The notes under the pieces were generated by a model, which searched no databases, had not been told where the DNA came from, and saw only the letters and a list, made by a program, of their open reading frames with translations. From Trichodelitschia bisporula (lineage: Eukaryota): a stretch of 64,000 bases of DNA. The position numbers and the translations under genes were made by a program. Positions 63,409 through 64,000 of this stretch are shown here, piece by piece. How positions within the stretch are numbered: the stretch's first letter is position 1; each line of letters opens with the position of its first letter. Location: positions 372,001 to 436,000 of the forward strand of contig ML996693.1 of NCBI GenBank assembly GCA_010356995.1, written 5' to 3'.

Positions 63409-64000
63409 TAATATGCTCAGCAGTCGCAGCATGACTGAGTGTGGGATACCGATAGGACGTTTATCTGGCGGAAGGAGACAATGCCACCTTTCAGCTACCG
63501 GGGGCAATCGGTACATGAACCTGCAACACGTACTACGTAGGAGATGCCGTTGGCCGGAAGGCTAAGCGCCTTCCTCTTCCTGGTGCGCGTGTGTAGACTT
63601 GAAATCATACATACCGGTCAAGAGTCAGCTGCAATTCAAGAGGAATTATGGCTCTAGACAACTCCATTCAAGCTCCAACGAAATTGCCGTCTTTGGTGAA
63701 AATTGACTTGTTTGTCATGTTTGTACTCCGGGCCTCTTAGAGTCGCATATAACATAGGGTTACTTCTCGCAGCTGCAAAATAATCGGTCGATAAGTAGGC
63801 ATAGCGAAAGCACTTGCATCAATATTTTGCCTCCACCCCAATTTTCACTCCACTCCAAATTATCGGCATTTATGGCCGCTGCATCCCCAAGGGGAAGGCT
63901 GAACCTCTAGCACTCCAGCGTGACCAGGCTGCCGAGCGGACAAAGAGCGCTATTGGTCCCCGCACTTTGCGATGCGGACCGCCAACCCTGTCCCGCCCTA

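Noticed and set aside
1..64000. Transposons, CRISPR arrays, rRNA/tRNA genes and prokaryotic systems
   Set aside because: No transposase/RT/integrase motifs, terminal repeats, regular repeat-spacer arrays or recognisable structural RNA genes seen by eye. Small ncRNAs cannot be excluded without an Rfam/tRNAscan run.

Overview
Gene-dense region of a filamentous ascomycete (Pezizomycotina) chromosome. The evidence is short (about 45-100 nt) GT..AG introns with CTRAC/CTRAY branch points and fungal-type proteins; the species cannot be determined from the sequence alone. About 21 intron-containing genes can be rebuilt by hand: CHD1 (3' part), IME2-like kinase, a conserved mitochondrial-type hypothetical, a signal-peptide FKBP, a multi-TM membrane protein, a SAM-methyltransferase pseudogene, RPL1/uL1, a DHA2 MFS transporter, RCD1/CAF40, DNA ligase I, MIX23, MRP20/uL23m, a DUF202 protein, a GPI cell-wall protein, SIR2/HST1, RPP40, a VSB1-like SulP-STAS-cNMP transporter, a Meu6-like PH protein, a UBTD-like protein, PSF1, an HMG-box transcription factor and RRP42. 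I recognised no transposon, rRNA, tRNA or CRISPR. The most notable sequence-level observations are: (1) a methyltransferase pseudogene whose point lesions all yield TpA (RIP-like); (2) a two-AUG mitochondrial/nuclear design in DNA ligase I, with the PIP box split by an intron; (3) a divergent FKBP with no ER-retention signal and a CAGCCAC cluster upstream; (4) repeated skipping of a branch-proximal CAG in favour of a downstream AAG acceptor; (5) an AUG-depleted IME2 leader with uORFs; (6) a symmetric Q/H-rich exon in the HMG factor. I found no clear-cut, wholly novel multi-gene system. All family assignments are from motif recognition, not from database searches.
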